NCBI GenBank assembly: GCA_964402535.1
Contig: CAYOCH010000002.1
Coordinates: forward strand, 6,661-70,660
Origin: an uncultured Candidatus Saccharibacteria bacterium
GTDB taxonomy: Bacteria; Patescibacteriota; Minisyncoccia; Phycocordibacterales; Phycocordibacteraceae
Direction: 5' to 3'
Length of the DNA stretch: 64,000 nucleotides
Shown: piece by piece, positions 63,812 to 64,000 of the stretch
Layout of the letters: each line of letters starts with the position of its first letter
Position numbering within the stretch: the first letter of the stretch is position 1
Program-made: the position numbers and the translations under genes
The notes under the pieces: model-generated
What the model was told of the DNA's origin: nothing
Database searches by the model: none
The model's input: only the letters and a program-made list of their open reading frames with translations

Positions 63812-64000
63812 CTAGGGGCGCTTGGTCAACACTGGCCCAGAAGGGCCGTCATCCACACGATATCCACGGTTCTCGATCTCTCCTCGGAGCTGGTCAGCCG
63901 CGGCAAAATCCTTGGCCTTGCGGGCTGCCTCGCGCTTGTCGAGCAAGTCGCGTACCTCGGCAGGGATATCTGCGCCAGAGAGGGTAGTGGGAGCTCGTGC
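63812..64000 (-). CDS. cysS: cysteinyl-tRNA synthetase, C-terminal fragment (gene continues beyond window)
   Basis: …DLLDKREAARKAKDFAAADQLRGEIENRGYRVDDGPSGPVLTKRP*, the conserved CysRS C-terminal helix. Confidence 0.55.
   Translation of the reverse strand, partial: ARAPTTLSGADIPAEVRDLLDKREAARKAKDFAAADQLRGEIENRGYRVDDGPSGPVLTKRP

Noticed and set aside
1-64000. Genetic-code reassignment (TGA or TAG as sense) to explain three in-frame stops
   Set aside because: Many high-confidence genes terminate at TGA (mreB, lexA, greA, mreC/mreD junctions), at TAG (dinB, hpf, murF, rsmH, rmuC) or at TAA (rplU, ftsL). A global reassignment is therefore untenable. Local pseudogenes or errors are more likely.

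Overview
This is a high-GC (~65%) bacterial chromosome segment with dense, mostly small genes. The gene content is a compact core set plus envelope genes, possibly a Patescibacteria/CPR-like or other small-genome lineage, but phylum cannot be fixed from sequence alone.

Well-supported core genes include the def-fmt operon, murA, two mreB paralogs (one heading mreB-mreC-mreD-PBP2), frr, rseP, proS, greA and lysS. There is a dcw-type block of mraZ-rsmH-ftsL-ftsI-murF with an MraZ-box array upstream, and a lexA-dinB SOS operon with a Cheo-type LexA box. Other recognised genes are rmuC, rplU, a DEAD-box helicase, hpf, a PEBP/YbhB-like gene, recR, dnaB and the 3' end of cysS.

An envelope-remodelling cluster carries a beta-lactamase-like hydrolase, a GH18 hydrolase, a PAP2 phosphatase, MltG and peptidoglycan-binding secreted proteins.

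The most unusual items are these:
1. A tRNA-Asn(GUU) gene is interrupted in its anticodon loop by a 233-nt group I intron carrying all four conserved P, Q, R and S elements.
2. A ~17 kb locus (43263-60281) encodes a giant membrane-anchored repeat protein. The track shows two ORFs of 3885 and 1770 aa, in the same frame and separated by a single TGA. It has an N-terminal cytoplasmic excisionase-type HTH and a TM anchor, then thousands of residues of tail-fibre-like 'GNVGIGTTSP' modules with near-identical DNA repeats. The C-terminus carries two tandem S74 intramolecular-chaperone domains, including the 'SDARLK' autoproteolysis motif, and a DUF5011 Ig-like domain.
3. This locus, plus rplU and the helicase, is bracketed by two divergent IS200/RAYT-like Y1 transposase genes, each flanked by its own hairpin repeats.

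Further observations:
- Two more conserved genes carry in-frame TAG stops (a PhnB/VOC-like gene and an RHH/2H-like gene). Stop reassignment is excluded because many strong genes end in TGA/TAG/TAA, so these are pseudogenes or assembly errors.
- A 47-nt nested palindromic repeat sits inside the holB-like gene.
- A ~70-nt conserved element precedes two tandem genes.
- One protein is a 2H-phosphoesterase/GT2 fusion.

Many long antisense ORFs in the track are GC-driven artefacts and were not called. Hand-derived coordinates (RNA genes, sites, hairpins) may be off by 1-2 nt.
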